A stretch of 64,000 nt of DNA from Dehalococcoidia bacterium. Lineage in GTDB: Bacteria; Chloroflexota; Dehalococcoidia; Lucifugimonadales; UBA3495. Shown piece after piece: positions 1-9,905 of the stretch. The notes under the pieces are model-generated. The model was not told the DNA's origin. It saw only the letters and a program-made list of their open reading frames with translations, and did not search any database. A program made the translations under genes and the position numbers. Every line of letters starts with the position of its first letter. Position 1 is the first letter of the stretch. The stretch is taken from NCBI GenBank assembly GCA_965237595.1, contig CBDEFY010000006.1, forward strand, positions 168,671 to 232,670. Reading direction: 5' to 3'.

Positions 1-336
1 TCGAGTTCGGGCCCAATTCCTTTTGTCGTGGCAATGTCTCCGCTGTGCGCCAAGTTGTTTACACAACCCTTCATCCCATGCCCAACTATTTCCAAGGTTA
101 TTTCGTCTTGTCGTGAGATAGCCTCTCGAATCTGCGACATCCGAGCATCTCTCTTGGAACAATTCCACAACTTCGTTCAAAAGCTCGGGGCCTTCGAACC
201 ATTGAATTGTTCCATCTCGATGGTCAACAACCAAGGCCCATGTGGGCCATCATCTTCGCCCGGATGGGCCTATACGGTGAAACCAGATAGAGCCACGAAA
301 ACGGGCCAGGTGACCCTATGGGGATGTCGATGAGTT

Positions 337-927
337 GTGGGTCAGGAAAACGGCACCTTCTCCTTTAATTCTGGTATTGGTCCAATCGGAGTCTGTTTGA
401 GAAGATTTCTTGGCGGAAAGGTCCGGCTCCATGAGGGGATCATCGGCGCCAATCTCGATGATTGGGAAGGTGAGAGGTGGCTGGACATCCGGCGTATCGA
501 CCTGTTGGGGCCAATCATGGAAGCCCGGATGGACTCGTGCAAGCTCAAAGGTTTCGACGGTATTGAACCCGATAACGTGGACGGGTTCCTGAATGACACC
601 GGGTTTCCTCTGACCTACGACGACCAGCTTGAGTACAACATCTGGCTGGCCGAGACCGCCCACGAGCGCGGACTTTCCATCGGCCTCAAGAACGACATGG
701 ACCAGATCCCAGATCTACTGTCTTATTTCGATTGGGCGTTGAATGAGGAGTGCTTCCAGTACCGCGAATGCGAAACCCTGTTGCCATTCATCGAAGCCGG
801 CAAAGCGGTTTTCAATGTGGAGTACGGTCTGGAGGCCGGCCAGTACTGCGCCGAGGCCGAGAAACTGGGATTCAACTCCATGAGGAAGAACCTGGACTTA
901 GACGCCTGGCGAGAATCGTGTGACTAG
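337..927 (+). CDS. glycoside hydrolase family 114-like (endo-alpha-1,4-polygalactosaminidase-like) protein, short or possibly truncated N-terminus
   Basis: Translation contains DDWEGERWLDIR, FDGIEPDNVDGF, GLSIGLKND and NEECFQYRECE, typical of the GH114 TIM-barrel. An in-frame TGA lies at 331-333, and the upstream ORF 28-333 is not GH114-like. Confidence 0.55.
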   Translation: MGQENGTFSFNSGIGPIGVCLRRFLGGKVRLHEGIIGANLDDWEGERWLDIRRIDLLGPIMEARMDSCKLKGFDGIEPDNVDGFLNDTGFPLTYDDQLEYNIWLAETAHERGLSIGLKNDMDQIPDLLSYFDWALNEECFQYRECETLLPFIEAGKAVFNVEYGLEAGQYCAEAEKLGFNSMRKNLDLDAWRESCD

Positions 928-972
928 GTGTGTTCGACCCTTTCGTACTTCCGGCAAGGTTTTTAGGCACAA

Positions 973-1005
973 AACAAACCCCGGGGTGGTTCCCGGGGGT
1001 TTGTT
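973..1005. terminator. bidirectional hairpin terminator between convergent genes
   Basis: aacaaaccccgggg / cccgggggtttgtt forms a perfect 14-bp stem with a 5-nt loop, flanked by A/T runs, between the 3' ends of 337-927(+) and 1045-2208(-). Confidence 0.6.
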
Positions 1006-1044
1006 ATCGTCTGGGATTCGCTGTTGGGCCAGGTCCACTTGTTA

Positions 1045-2208
1045 CTACCAATAATCACTCGTTGGCCCTTCTTTACCGGTGGGGAGAGAGCGCATGATAT
1101 CGCCGTGGTTGCCGGGCAGGTAGTCGAAGAAGCATACGCCGTAGTGCCCGAATTCTTGGTCGGCGGCAAAAAGATCCGTCCAGGCCGGATTTGGCGTGAC
1201 ATTGTTCGGCGTTCGCACATCGTAAAGGCCAAAGTCGACAAAGATGTTTGAGGGGAATATCCCAACCGAAGTGCCGACGACCTCTCCTTGTTCGATCCAC
1301 ACCGGCGGATTGATAAAGCTGGATCTGCTGTCATCGGCAACGGGAGCCGGCAGGAAGCTGAGTGCGTCCGATAGTATTGGGGACACCACGCGCACGTGAT
1401 CGAACCGATAGAAAAATCCGCATGGCACCGAGAAAAACAGCAGGTACTGTTCGTCGCTGCCCTCTAGATATCGGGCTGCTTGTACCAAGTGGGAGCCGAT
1501 TGGAGCTCGGACCGTGATATTGCCGCCAGTATTCGCATCGAAGCGAAATCCGCCATGACCTTTATAGCCACCGCGCACCTGACCGGGCCACAGCGCCGAA
1601 GTTACCAAATCCATGTCCACAGGCGTCTGTAAGCCGAGGGGCTCTGAGCAATCTGGCGGCGTGCCGCTTGGCGACCAACTCGTTCCCTCGAACGACCATC
1701 TAACGCCGGATGTAGCGCCGGAAGTGACGGTATGACCGTCATTGCTTGTGGCCTGTTGCGTTTCGTTTGACCCCGCATGAGCGGCTTCGGGAGTGGGCCC
1801 TTGAATGGGTTCGGACGCTGTTGCAACAACAGAATTGGGTAGCTCTGAATTCCGCAAGAGCGTCGGTGTGATTCTTTCGGTGCGTACCCCGGTCGTAACC
1901 GTGAGGTCAAGCGCGATCGATTGGTTTGTCTCTTTAGAGGTGATGCCTTCTATGTGCCAATGCAACTTCGCCTTTTCGCCCGGATGTACGAGTAGGGTTT
2001 CTCCTTGGTAGGAAGAGGGCGGAATCATTTTGTATTCAATCCGGTCCCAACTGGCCCGAGACGGGAATTTTCCCCAGGTGCCGCTGTATTGCGCCCGCGG
2101 ACTGCCGTTCTCCGTGAACGTCATCTTTGGCGACTTAAATTCAATGACTTGGTCGCTTTCGTTGTAGGCCAAAATTTCCGTCTCGTCCGCAGAGAGATTG
2201 CTGAAATC
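1045..2208 (-). pseudogene. secreted lipoprotein, C-terminal 387 codons, separated from its 5' part by IS3 copy A
   Basis: The reading frame stays open up to the IS junction at 2208. Joining 3913..3545 to 2208..1045 and removing one ATC TSD copy gives 1533 nt, or 510 aa, in frame (..EYYWPLDFSNLSADETEILAYNES..). Confidence 0.75.
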
Positions 2209-2280
2209 TGAGGTGGACCCGGAAATTCGGACAGGTGGTTAAGTGAGAGTTCTGCTCCTAAAATAGCCACAGCTGTTGCT

Positions 2281-2583
2281 GTGAGGGAGGAGTGGGACAT
2301 GTCAAAAGAGCGGAGGAAGCACAGCCCAACATTCAAGGCCAAGGTGGCCCTGGAAGCGGTGAAGGGTGAAGAGACGGTGGCCCAACTGGCCGCCCCCTAC
2401 GAGGTCCATCCCGGGCAGATCCAGGCCTGGAAGAAGTCCTTGTTGGAAGGAGCGGTCGGCGTCTTTGGTGGGAACCAAGACAAACGCCAGAAGAGCGATG
2501 CGGTCCTTGTTGCCCGGCTCTATCAGCAGATCGGCCAACTGAAGGTTGAGCGGGATTTCTTGGCGGAGAGGCTCGGTCCATGA
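2281..2583 (+). CDS. IS3-family transposase OrfA (HTH)
   Basis: [31 protein letters not shown]...[12 protein letters not shown] is a typical IS3/IS911 OrfA HTH plus leucine-zipper region. Its stop overlaps the orfB ATG (ATGA). Confidence 0.9.
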   Translation: MREEWDMSKERRKHSPTFKAKVALEAVKGEETVAQLAAPYEVHPGQIQAWKKSLLEGAVGVFGGNQDKRQKSDAVLVARLYQQIGQLKVERDFLAERLGP

Positions 2584-3527
2584 GCCGGGAGCGGCGGCGG
2601 GAGATGGTGGACCGGCGGCACCCAGCCTTGTCCACAGTGAGACAGTGCGCCTTACTGAGCATCAGCAGGTCCAGCCTAAACTACCGGCGCAAGGGGACTT
2701 GCTCGGAGAACCTGACCGTGATGAAGGCGATGGACCACCAGTACCTAAGTACCCCCTTCTACGGGTCGCGGCGCATGAGGGTCTGGCTGGGCACTCAAGG
2801 TCACAGGGTGAACCGGAAGCGGGTCCAGCGTCTGATGCGGACCATGGGACTACGTGCCATCTACCGGTGGCCCCGGACCAGCAAGCCGGGGCCAGGGCAC
2901 AAGGTGTATCCCTACCTCCTGAGCGGCATGGAGATCACCAGACCAAATCAGGTGTGGGCCGCCGACATCACCTACATCCCCATGGCCAAGGGTTTCTTAT
3001 ACCTGGTGGCCATCATGGATTGGTACACGCGGTACGTGGTGGCCTGGCGTCTTTCCAACACCTTGGATGCTGATTTCTGTGTCGAGACATTGGAGGAAGC
3101 GCTTGGCAAGGGGAAGCCAGAGGTCTTCAACACCGACCAGGGCAGCCAGTTCACCGGCGAAGCCTTTACCGGTCTCCTAGAGCAGCACGGAGTGAGAATC
3201 AGCATGGACGGGAAGGGACGACGCTACACCGACAACATCTTGTTGGAGCGGCTGTGGCGCACGGTTAAGTACGAGGAGGTCTACCTGAAAGCCTACTCCA
3301 ACGGGCGAGAAGCCAAGGCCGGGCTTGACGCATACTTCAGCTTCTACAACAACCAAAGACCCCACCAGGCCTTGGGCTACCGGACACCGGCTGAGGTGTT
3401 CAAAGGAGACTTGGCGCCATCAGATGAACGGTCAATCAATGGGAAACGGGCACCGAACGGAGCGTTCTCAGACCTTGGAAAGACGGCGGAACTCCCACTT
3501 AGTTTTGCACCAAACCTGTCCAACTGA
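2580..3527 (+). CDS. IS3-family transposase OrfB (DDE integrase core)
   Basis: rve-type DDE motifs: WAADITYIP, FNTDQGSQFT, ERLWRTVKYEEVY. C-terminal part reads NNQRPHQALGYRTPAEVF. Confidence 0.9.
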   Translation: MSRERRREMVDRRHPALSTVRQCALLSISRSSLNYRRKGTCSENLTVMKAMDHQYLSTPFYGSRRMRVWLGTQGHRVNRKRVQRLMRTMGLRAIYRWPRTSKPGPGHKVYPYLLSGMEITRPNQVWAADITYIPMAKGFLYLVAIMDWYTRYVVAWRLSNTLDADFCVETLEEALGKGKPEVFNTDQGSQFTGEAFTGLLEQHGVRISMDGKGRRYTDNILLERLWRTVKYEEVYLKAYSNGREAKAGLDAYFSFYNNQRPHQALGYRTPAEVFKGDLAPSDERSINGKRAPNGAFSDLGKTAELPLSFAPNLSN

Positions 3528-3541
3528 TTGGGTCCACCTCA

Positions 3542-3913
3542 ATCAAGGGGCCAATAATATTCAAGCGTCAGGCCGTTCTGTTGATAAAATACAGCGTTTT
3601 GAACTTGCGACCGGCCGGTGGATGATTGTGCTGCCGGTGCGTGTTGATTGCCGGAGTCAACTGTTGGCGCCGGCTGGGGCGCTGGGGTCGGCTGTTCAGA
3701 ATGGTTCGAAGCTGGAACTATGGTTTGTGTAGGCCGTTCTTCCGGTGCGGATGTTGCAGCGGGCACTGCCGTGGGGCTGGGCGGAAGGCCGGGCGTCGCA
3801 GCAGGAGTTGCGGTTGCCGGTGCCGGCACCTGGATAGACGGTGCTTGGCATGCGACAAGAAGAAAGGGAGTTACGGTGACCATTAGACCGAATGCCAGAC
3901 TGCGGAAGCTCAT
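3542..3913 (-). pseudogene. secreted lipoprotein, N-terminal part (signal peptide with lipobox), cut by IS3 copy A
   Basis: MSFRSLAFGLMVTVTPFLLVAC is a lipobox signal peptide, followed by a Pro/Ala/Thr-rich linker. The ORF only terminates at a stop supplied by the IS end (3539-3541). Confidence 0.75.
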
Positions 3914-4105
3914 AAATCGATACTAGCAAGAGCCGGGCGTTAATTCGAACCGGTGTATGGCCATGCGGCGTGGGCGTGAATCGAAAGACCCGTGCTCATT
4001 CGCCGGGCCCGGCATCACCGGCTGGGCGTCACCACCTAGCCGATCGACAGTGGACCGCAAGCGGAACCCCGGTCCTACGTCTAGGGCAGCCCCCAGGCCA
4101 AGGAC

Positions 4106-4531
4106 GTGGGGCCGGGCGAGGTGGCCTTGGGCAAGAACTGGCAGGTGACTGCGGGCCTAGCGGAGCACGTCCAGCCGTGGTTGGACTCCCTGGCCTACCG
4201 GGTGGACACCCCCGAGGGCAGCGTGGTCTTCACCGGCGACACCCAGCCCTGCGACACGGTGCGGGAGTTGGCCCGCGACGCCGACATGATGCTCTGCATA
4301 TGCTGGGACGACCAAGCGGTGATGAACGATGTCAACGAAGCCAACGGTCGCTGCGGCACCACCGGCGCCGCTCAACTGGCCCAAGAAGCCGGCGTGAAAA
4401 AGCTGGTCCAAGTCCACATGGGCCCCAACCTCTCATCCGAAACCCCTTTCGACCGCCATTACGAAGAGATGACCCCCATGTACCACGGGGAGATTGTCTT
4501 CTCGGAAGAATTGCTGCGGTTGGAGGTTTAG
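4106..4531 (+). pseudogene. MBL-fold metallo-hydrolase, C-terminal half only
   Basis: ..SLAYRVDTPEGSVVFTGDTQPCDTVRELARDADMMLCI..GTTGAAQLAQEAGVKKLVQVHMGP resembles the C-terminal half of MBL-fold hydrolases. There is an in-frame TAG at 4082-4084, and I found no HxHxDH-containing N-terminal half in any frame upstream. Confidence 0.4.
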
Positions 4532-4574
4532 GGTGCTAAAATGCCAACGAACCCGCCCCCCCTGGAGTCACACC

Positions 4575-5135
4575 GTGCAAGCACAGATCAAACACCTGAC
4601 CACAGCCGACCTGGAAGCGGGGCTTGATGAGATTCGTAATGCGCCCAAGGACCAGGTCATTCTGGACATGATTGTCCGGCGTCCCGAGGACGAGGCACGG
4701 GGGGTCATCGAAATCGGAGAGCTGGACACGGTGGCGGGACTGGTGGGGGACAACTGGCAGTCACGGCCCAGTTCCCGCAGCGCCGACGGAAAGGCCCATC
4801 CCGACATGCAAATCAATATCATGAACTCCAGGGTCACCGCCTTGGTGGCCCAGAACAAGGACCGCTGGCAGTTGGCCGGCGACCCGTTGTTCGTGGACTT
4901 TGATCTCAGCAAAGATAACGTGCCCCCTGGCACCAAGCTGGTAATCGGCTCGGCGGTGCTTGAGGCCACGGACCAGCCCCACACCGGCTGCCAGAAATTC
5001 TCCGGCCGTTTCGGCGTCGACGCCCTGAAGCTGATCAGTTCCCCCACCGGCAAGGAACTCCAACTACGGGGTATCTGCGCCAAGGTGGTACAGGGCGGTC
5101 AGATCAGGACTGGCGATACAGTAAGAAAACTCTAG
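4575..5135 (+). CDS. MOSC domain-containing protein
   Basis: C-terminal ..TDQPHTGCQKFSGRFG..LRGICAKVVQGGQIRTGDTV is typical of MOSC/YiiM-like proteins. GTG at 4575 is chosen as the start because the longer ORF overlaps the preceding gene. Confidence 0.6.
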   Translation: MQAQIKHLTTADLEAGLDEIRNAPKDQVILDMIVRRPEDEARGVIEIGELDTVAGLVGDNWQSRPSSRSADGKAHPDMQINIMNSRVTALVAQNKDRWQLAGDPLFVDFDLSKDNVPPGTKLVIGSAVLEATDQPHTGCQKFSGRFGVDALKLISSPTGKELQLRGICAKVVQGGQIRTGDTVRKL

Positions 5136-5185
5136 GCAAAAAGCCCTAAGCCAATCATTTAACCAACAACACCGGAGGCGACACC

Positions 5186-6295
5186 GTGGCCACATTGACC
5201 ACGCCCGACGCAGTAGCGATGGACACCCAGAAATTGGAGCAGGTCAAACAACTGTTCCAACGGCAGATCGACGAGGGCCTTCATCCGGGGGCCGGCCTGG
5301 CGGTGTACCGCTACGGCAATCTGGTGCTGGACATCCATGGCGGCTTCACCGACACCGGGTCCAGTCGGCCCGTTACGACCGATACCATGTTCGTGCTGAT
5401 GTCCTCCACCAAACCATTGACGGCATCCTGCCTCTACATGCTGAAAGAGCGCGGAAAGATCGCCTGGGACGACCTGGTGTCCAAGCACTGGCCCGAGTTC
5501 GCCCAGAACGGCAAAGAGACGGTTACAATCCGGCACATCCTGACCCACCGGGGCGGGTTCCCCCAGACCCCGGAGTCCCTGCCCTGGACCGATTGGCCCG
5601 ATTGGAGCAAAGTGACCCGGGCCATGGAACAGGCGACCCCTATCTACGCCCCCGGCGAGACGCTGGCCTACCACCCCATCAACTACGGCTGGGTCATCGC
5701 CGAACTCGTGCGGCGGGTTGACGGCCGGACCTTCGACAGGTTCATCGCGGAAGAACTGGCCGCGCCTCTTGGCATGGACAACACCTACGTGGGCCTGCCA
5801 CCGGGCTTGGAAGTCCGGGTGTCGCCAATGCATCTGATGGAAGACGACGCCGATCCCAACGGCTATAGCGCAACTTTCAGCAATCCGGTGGTGCTTCAGT
5901 CCATCGTGCCCGGCGCAGCAGGTGTCGCCACGGCGGGGGACCTGGCCCGGTACTACGCCATGATGGAGCGCAAGGGAACCCTGGATGGGTCAACGGTGAT
6001 CAAGCCGGAGATGGTGGACGAAGCGGTCGAATTGCAGGTGGAGGGCATCGACCAATCGTTGGGCCTCTTCGCCCAACGATCCCTGGGCCTGGCCCTAGCC
6101 GACGAGCGCATGGGAACCCCCACCGGAGACCCGCTGAAGACCTTCGGCCACGGCGGCGCGGGCACGTCCATCGGATGGGCCGACTTCGACTCGGGCCTGG
6201 CCGTGGGCTACATCACCAACGGCTTCCGGGGCAGTGTCACCAACAACGCCAGACTGGCCGCCGTCTCCCAAGCCGTCCGCGACGCCTGTATCTAA
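5186..6295 (+). CDS. serine hydrolase, beta-lactamase/esterase (class C-like) family
   Basis: SxxK motif (MSSTKPLTA) and the general beta-lactamase-related fold pattern. GGAGG lies upstream of the GTG start. Confidence 0.75.
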   Translation: MATLTTPDAVAMDTQKLEQVKQLFQRQIDEGLHPGAGLAVYRYGNLVLDIHGGFTDTGSSRPVTTDTMFVLMSSTKPLTASCLYMLKERGKIAWDDLVSKHWPEFAQNGKETVTIRHILTHRGGFPQTPESLPWTDWPDWSKVTRAMEQATPIYAPGETLAYHPINYGWVIAELVRRVDGRTFDRFIAEELAAPLGMDNTYVGLPPGLEVRVSPMHLMEDDADPNGYSATFSNPVVLQSIVPGAAGVATAGDLARYYAMMERKGTLDGSTVIKPEMVDEAVELQVEGIDQSLGLFAQRSLGLALADERMGTPTGDPLKTFGHGGAGTSIGWADFDSGLAVGYITNGFRGSVTNNARLAAVSQAVRDACI

Positions 6296-6439
6296 GCCGT
6301 TCACGGCGTTTTCATGGTGTCTCTGCGCCCTAGCTCGGGGATGGCCCTTGGCTGCATCCGCTTCGGTGTTTCCTTACGTATCTAATCCAGATAACCGAAC
6401 ATCGCCACTGCGGATTTGCCTATGGTTGAGGGATGAAAT

Positions 6440-7324
6440 ATGGAAACTACCAATAGATTCCTGGGTGGCAGCATGTCCCGGCGCGCCTTTCTCAGCCGGC
6501 TGGCCTTGGTCGCGGGCGGCTCGGCCGTTGCTCTGGCCTGCGGCTCTGAGGCCACGGCCATCGCTCCCACCGCCGCGCCGAGTCCGACAGCCGAGCCCAC
6601 CACGGCGCCGGCGCCCGCTGCCGGGGACTCAATCGAGGCCGGTCCAGTGGAGTTCGACGCCGAAGGAGAGAAGTTGCAGGGGTATCTGTCCAGACCAGCT
6701 CTCCCCGGACCCCATCCTGGGATCGTGGTGGTGCACGAGAACCGGGGGCTGCTGCCCCACTTCTTGGACCTGACCCGCCGGTTCGCGCGGGAAGGGTACG
6801 TCGCCCTGGCCGTGGATTTGCTCTCCCGGCAAGGGGGCGCGGATTCCTTTGCCGACGACAACGCGATGCGCGACGCTCTGCGCCTTATCCCCACCGATCA
6901 GGTCGTACACGACGGCAACGCCGCCGTGAAGTTCCTGCAAGACCAGCCCTACGTCCGGAGCGACCGGGTCGGCGCTACGGGGTTCTGTTTCGGCGGCAGC
7001 ATCGTGTGGCTGATGGCCGTTGGCAATCCGGAACTGCGCGCGGCGGTCCCTTTCTACGGCAGCGCTCCGCCCCTGGAGGACGTGGCCAACCTACAGGTAC
7101 CGACGCTGGGGATCTACGCCGAAGAGGACGCACGCATAAACGCGGGAGTGGCGGCCCTGGAAGACGTACTGAAAGCCGAAGGGAAGAACTATAAATTCGT
7201 GACCTATCCCGGGGCCAACCACGCGTTCTTCAACGATACCGGCAGCCGCTACCACCCCCAGGCCGCCGAAGGGGCCTGGATGGAAGCCCTGGACTGGTTC
7301 GAAGACCATCTGATGGATTCCTAG
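6440..7324 (+). CDS. dienelactone hydrolase family protein with Tat-type signal
   Basis: SRRAFLSRLALVAGGSAVALAC is a twin-arginine-type leader. DLH-like regions: GIVVVHENRGL, GATGFCFGG, YPGANHAFFND. Confidence 0.75.
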   Translation: METTNRFLGGSMSRRAFLSRLALVAGGSAVALACGSEATAIAPTAAPSPTAEPTTAPAPAAGDSIEAGPVEFDAEGEKLQGYLSRPALPGPHPGIVVVHENRGLLPHFLDLTRRFAREGYVALAVDLLSRQGGADSFADDNAMRDALRLIPTDQVVHDGNAAVKFLQDQPYVRSDRVGATGFCFGGSIVWLMAVGNPELRAAVPFYGSAPPLEDVANLQVPTLGIYAEEDARINAGVAALEDVLKAEGKNYKFVTYPGANHAFFNDTGSRYHPQAAEGAWMEALDWFEDHLMDS

Positions 7325-7334
7325 GAAGAAGCGG

Positions 7335-8621
7335 TCAACTGCGGTGTGGATTTCCAACGGCGCCGGCAAAGGCCTGCTCGAATGCGTCCACGCTCATGTT
7401 GGCGGCCTGGGCCATTATCGACTTGAAGTGACTGTCCTTCAAGTCCTCCGGCTCCAGCCTAATCATGTATTCCCGCGCCACCGCATAGTATTCCGAGTTA
7501 ATGTCGACCGTTCGCACCCGGATGCGGCCGGTGTCCGGGTCCCTCAGTTCATCAAAGCCTAACACTTTCCGTTCCCCGTTCACCTGGCAGATCAGGCCCC
7601 CGAAACGCAACCGCTCGTCGTCCGTATCGGATAACAGGAACCGGACCGCGCCGTAACCCAGGGTGCGAGTGTAGTCGATGTCGAACGGTATTGGTGGAGC
7701 ACACCGAAGCTCGTATCCGAGCGTAACACCCACAATCGCGATCTGCTCGCCCCTTGTGGCGAAGGCCTGTTGGACGTGCCTCCGCAAGATGATTGCCAAC
7801 GGGATGTCGTTCAAGCTGATGTGGCCGTAGGCATCATGCTCCACGGTGACACCGGGCAGGTTCGCCAATTCGTCTGCGGACAGCTTTTCGGCAATCCCCT
7901 CCGCAATCACGGCAACGCCATGATTATTCCCCATCACCCGCCGCTTCAAGATTGCGCCTTCCAAGACCTTGGAGACTTCGTCTAGACGCGGCCCGTCTTA
8001 AGGGAACTCCTCCGGAATCAGGACCAGCGTGGCTCCCGCGGCTTTGCCGATTCCCAAAGCTAGGTGGCCCGCCTCCCGCCCCATCACCACTACGAAATAC
8101 CACCGGTTGGTGGTCCGGGCTTCTTCCATCAGGTTGAGCACCGCTTCAGTCCCGACCTCACGCACGGTCTCAAACCCGAACGTGGGCTACCCTCCTGGCA
8201 GGGGCAGATCGTTGTCGATGGTCTTGGGTACGTGGGCAACTTTGAGTCTACCATCGGCAGCCCTGGCGACCTCTGAGGCGCCAAATGCTGTGTCGTCGCC
8301 CCCGATGGTGACCAGGTAATTGATACCGAGTTCTTTGATGCCGTCCACGGTCCGCCGGAGGTCCTCTTCACTTCGGGCTGGATTGGTACGGGAAGTCCGG
8401 AGGATTGAGCCGCCCTGTGAGTGGATCCGGGAAACATCGGAGATTTCCAGTGACCGGACCATGTCGGTCCGGCCATCGGCCAGATGCTTCCACCCATCGA
8501 GAATGCCCACGACCGACAGGCCGGAATTCACGGCCTCGATTGTCGCGGCGCCAATGGCGCTGTTGATGCCCGGGGCAGGTCCGCCACCGACGAGAATACC
8601 CATCCGCTCTGTCTTATTCAT
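7335..8621 (-). pseudogene. 6-phosphofructokinase with two in-frame stop codons (TAG, TAA)
   Basis: One continuous frame of 1287 nt. [110 protein letters not shown]. The stops are at 8184-8186 (TAG) and 7998-8000 (TAA). No frameshift. Confidence 0.8.
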
Positions 8622-8767
8622 ACTGCTATCATCCCCAGTTAGTTGGGTTATTATCCAGCCGCATCTCTTGCAGTATGATGACCGAAGATTCGGTATCGAT
8701 CCATCGCACCATTGGTCGACGCCCTGGCAATTCCGCGCTGCCTGGGAAATGCTTCCTCAGGCCCGGG

Positions 8768-9784
8768 CTACTCCATCACAAAAACGCATTTCCCCGTCTT
8801 CGCGCCATCGAATTCCTTGAAGGCCTCCACCGCTTGGTCCAGCGGGTAGCGGTGGGTGTTGAGCTTCTTCAATGGGGCTTTGGTGTCCACGAAGAACCGT
8901 TCAATCTCGATCAACTCCGACTTGCTGAAGGTCCAAAACCCGAAGATGGTGGCCACCTTGAAGATGACGTCGCGGTTGAAGTCGATCTCCGCTGGGCCGC
9001 CGACCCCCACATAGCAGCAGCGGCCGAAGGGACGCAGACACTCCAACACCTGCTGGCGCGCGGTGGGGTTGCCCGAGGTCTCCTGGGAGGCAGTGGCGCC
9101 CAGCCCGCCGGTCAGTTCCCGGATGGCCTCCACCGGGTCGACATCCGAGCTGTTAATCACGTGGTCCGCGCCCAACTCCTTGGCAAGGTCCAAACGCTCC
9201 GGCACGATATCCACGGCGATGACTTTCGCGCCCATGGCCTTGGCCGACAATGTCCCGCTCAGTCCCACCGGACCCTGGCCGAACACCGCCACGACGTCCC
9301 GCCCCGAGATGTCCATCTTTTTGAGGCCGTTCCAGGCAGTGCCGGTGCCGCAGGAGATGGCCGCGCCCTCCTCGAAGGACAGTTCGTCATCAAGGAGCAC
9401 CAGGCTCCGCGACGGCACCAATATGTAGTCGGCGTTGGCCCAGTGGCCCGTGCCGCCGCCGAAGGTTATGCGCCCCTGTGGGCAGAGCTACTCGTAGCCC
9501 ATGGAGCAGTTCTCGTAGACCCCGCAACCGGCGTAGTGATGGCAGATGACCCGGTCACCCACCTTGATTCCCGGGGGCGCGCCGGGCGCCAGCTCCTCGA
9601 TGACCCCGCAGGGCTCGTGGCCGGTAATCATATCCGTCGGTTCCGAGCCTCGGTAACGGTGGAGGTCGGTGCCGCAGAGACCCGAGGCCCGCACCTCGAG
9701 CACCGCCTCGCCTGGCCCGGCATGGGGGTCTGGGAACTCCCGAATCTCGGCCTGCCTGTTCCCCGGAAATGTCACTCCGCGCAT
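8768..9784 (-). pseudogene. zinc-dependent alcohol dehydrogenase (MDR family) with one in-frame TAG
   Basis: One continuous frame of 1017 nt. ..GLCGTDLHRYRG..GHEPCGVIEE..CSMGYE*LCPQGRITFGGGTGHWANADYILVP..VFGQGPVGLSG. The TAG is at 9485-9487. Confidence 0.8.
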
Positions 9785-9802
9785 GTCGTTTTCTCCTGCC
9801 TG

Positions 9803-9838
9803 CCGTTCCCCCTCCCGTTTCCCCTCCCGTTCCCCCTC
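9803..9838. repeat. 3 x 12-bp tandem repeat (CCGTTCCCCCTC / CCGTTTCCCCTC / CCGTTCCCCCTC) in the ADH 5' leader
   Basis: Read directly from the sequence. It lies 19-54 nt upstream of the ADH ATG at 9784. On the coding strand it reads GAGGGGGAACGG x3, which contains SD-like purine runs. Confidence 0.9.
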
Positions 9839-9905
9839 AATAACTCGTTCCGGACATTTTAACCGCCTCGCCCACCCCGGCGCATCACCGGGTTATAATC
9901 TCCCC

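Larger units (their letters stand above)
2209..3541 (+). mobile_element. IS3-family insertion sequence, copy A (1333 bp), the only copy with both ORFs intact
   Basis: Terminal IR TGAGGTGGACCC (2209-2220) / GGGTCCACCTCA (3530-3541). 3-bp TSD ATC at 2206-2208 and 3542-3544. orfA and orfB in the -1 arrangement. Differs from the other copies by a 3-bp in-frame insertion (GKGRRYTDN) and by R->P in OrfA. Confidence 0.95.

Noticed and set aside
28-333. 101-aa ORF at the window start, and a possible minus-strand partial ORF running off the left edge (about 1-246).
   Set aside because: Neither has recognisable motifs. The region has lower GC, the + ORF ends in an in-frame TGA just before the GH114-like ORF without being homologous to GH114, and the evidence is too weak to call a gene.
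2550-2583. Programmed -1 ribosomal frameshift site for an IS3 OrfAB fusion.
   Set aside because: The orfB frame is open only from 2550, and I see no canonical X-XXY-YYZ or A6G heptamer there. The ATGA overlap allows simple translational coupling, so I cannot support a specific slippery site from the sequence alone.
7998-9487. In-frame TAG/TAA codons read as programmed recoding (pyrrolysine, suppression or an alternative code).
   Set aside because: Both TAG and TAA occur, other genes in the window terminate normally on TAG/TAA, and there is no suppressor tRNA (the only tRNA has anticodon UGA) and no pyl genes. Pseudogenes or sequencing errors are the simpler explanation.
8675-9862. Long ORFs antisense to well-supported genes (for example 8675-9862+, 20014-20925-, 55931-56869-, 57888-58715-, 30840-31994+, 31984-32913+, 5159-5833-).
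   Set aside because: These are typical stop-poor shadow frames of GC-rich DNA. Their translations are low-complexity (Arg/Gly/Pro/Ala-rich), whereas the opposite strand carries clear family motifs.
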